Source: Selaginella moellendorffii (Eukaryota; Plantae; Lycopodiophyta). Taken from it: DNA of 8,618 nt. Of this stretch, positions 7,681-8,618 are shown piece after piece. Numbering within the stretch: position 1 is the first letter of the stretch; each line of letters begins with the position of its first letter. Made by a program: the position numbers and the translations under genes. The notes under the pieces were generated by a model. It was not told the origin of the DNA. It was given only the letters and a program-made list of their open reading frames with translations, and searched no databases. The stretch covers positions 1 to 8,618 of the forward strand of contig NW_003314656.1 of assembly GCF_000143415.4 (NCBI RefSeq), in the 5' to 3' direction.

Positions 7681-8618
7681 TAGATCTTGAGTTCTTCAAA
7701 TTGTACACATCTTCATAGTACATTGTCTCATCCTTTTTTGTACAATCTTCCTCCCACAACTGAATATGGTCTTGTCCTTAAGACAAATTATTTATGGTGA
7801 TTAGAGATGGAGTATCGACTTAGTATTATTGTTGTTATGAGGTAGTAGTAGATGTCATTCATCCATGTTGATGATGTGTGGATGCAAAGTATGTTGGAGT
7901 CAGGAAAGTCATCCATGTTGTATTTTAGTTGTTCACTAGTTGTAAGGTTGGCTTATACATGTTGTTTGCCAGGTTTGTAAATAATCTTGAAGTTGTATTC
8001 TTGAAGTAATAAGAACTATCAGGCAATTCTACGGATGAAGATGGTCTTGTTGAGGAGGTGTAAAAGTGCTTTGTGGTCAACCATGCTCTTGACTTTAGTG
8101 CCGAGTAGGTAGTGTCGAAACTTTTATAGTGCATAGACCATTCCTAAAACTTCTTTTTCAATGGTGGTGTAGTTCATCTCAGCTGAGTTGAGTCTTCAGC
8201 TCATATAGTAGATTGGTTAGTCTTTGAGGTCTTGTTGTGAGAAAGTATTGCTCTAAGGGCATAATCAAAGGCATCGATGTGTATTGAAGTCTTTGTCCTA
8301 GTTTGGTTGGGCGAGTATTGGAGCCCTTGTTAAGGAATTCTTGAGCATGTCGAATGCTTGTTGGAAATCTTGAGTCCAGTTGTAAACATGATTTTTCTTC
8401 AAAAGATCAATAAGGGGTTTTGCAATCTTCACATAATCTTTGATGAAGCATTAATGGTATCTCGTTTTGCCGAGGAAGGATCGTAGTCTAATGGTGTTTG
8501 TTGGGTGTTGCATATTGATGATGGCAAGAGTCTTAACTTTGTCAATGAGGATGCCTTTTTTGCAGATGATGTGTCCAAGTAGGATGCCAGATTGACGAAG
8601 AAGGTAGATTGTAGGTTA
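7681..8618 (-). pseudogene. pol: pol remnant: RT C-terminus, RNase H and linker/integrase N-terminus
   Basis: Motifs GILLGHIICKKGI, LRSFLGKTRYH*CFIKDY, APILAQPN*DKDF, YIDAFDYAL, AEMNYTTIEKE, KFRHYLLG, DHKAL, LLLQEYNF, DDFPD, WMNDIYYYL and LYKKG*DNVL*RCV..EE. Confidence 0.95.

Larger units (their letters stand above)
6142..8618 (-). mobile_element. Degenerate Athila-like Ty3/Gypsy LTR retrotransposon, 3' half
   Basis: RT end, RNase H, integrase start, N gap, integrase GPF tail, PPT and LTR-like region in order on the minus strand. Confidence 0.9.

Noticed and set aside
3792-7759. ORFs spanning N-runs (3792-4211, 5969-6178, 7169-7690, 7260-7718, 7286-7759)
   Set aside because: They are artefacts of translating N.
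7860-7920. 11-bp direct repeat CATCCATGTTG as a TSD
   Set aside because: It lies within a continuous pol frame with expected motifs (DDFPD..W); no insertion is evident.
7925-8134. Minus-strand 69-aa ORF
   Set aside because: Alternative frame of the RNase H remnant.

Overview
This is AT-rich eukaryotic repeat DNA, probably from a plant, made almost entirely of decayed transposable elements and containing three N-runs (3841-4203, 6042-6141, 7293-7680). No intact host gene is visible. On the + strand (1-3840) is a degenerate non-chromovirus Ty3/Gypsy LTR retrotransposon: gag end, protease, RT, RNase H, integrase, PPT and the start of the 3' LTR. Its gag/pol junction still shows a decayed slippery site followed by an H-type pseudoknot, pointing to -1 ribosomal frameshifting. 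On the - strand (about 6142-8618) is a second, Athila-like Gypsy remnant, tail-to-tail with the first, with a nearly open ~200-codon K/Q-rich frame between integrase and PPT. Between them are two diverged ~300-350 bp direct repeats bracketing a Ty1/Copia gag-protease relic and a tandem palindrome, plus a second diverged LTR-like copy. All calls come from manual translation and motif recognition; no searches were run.
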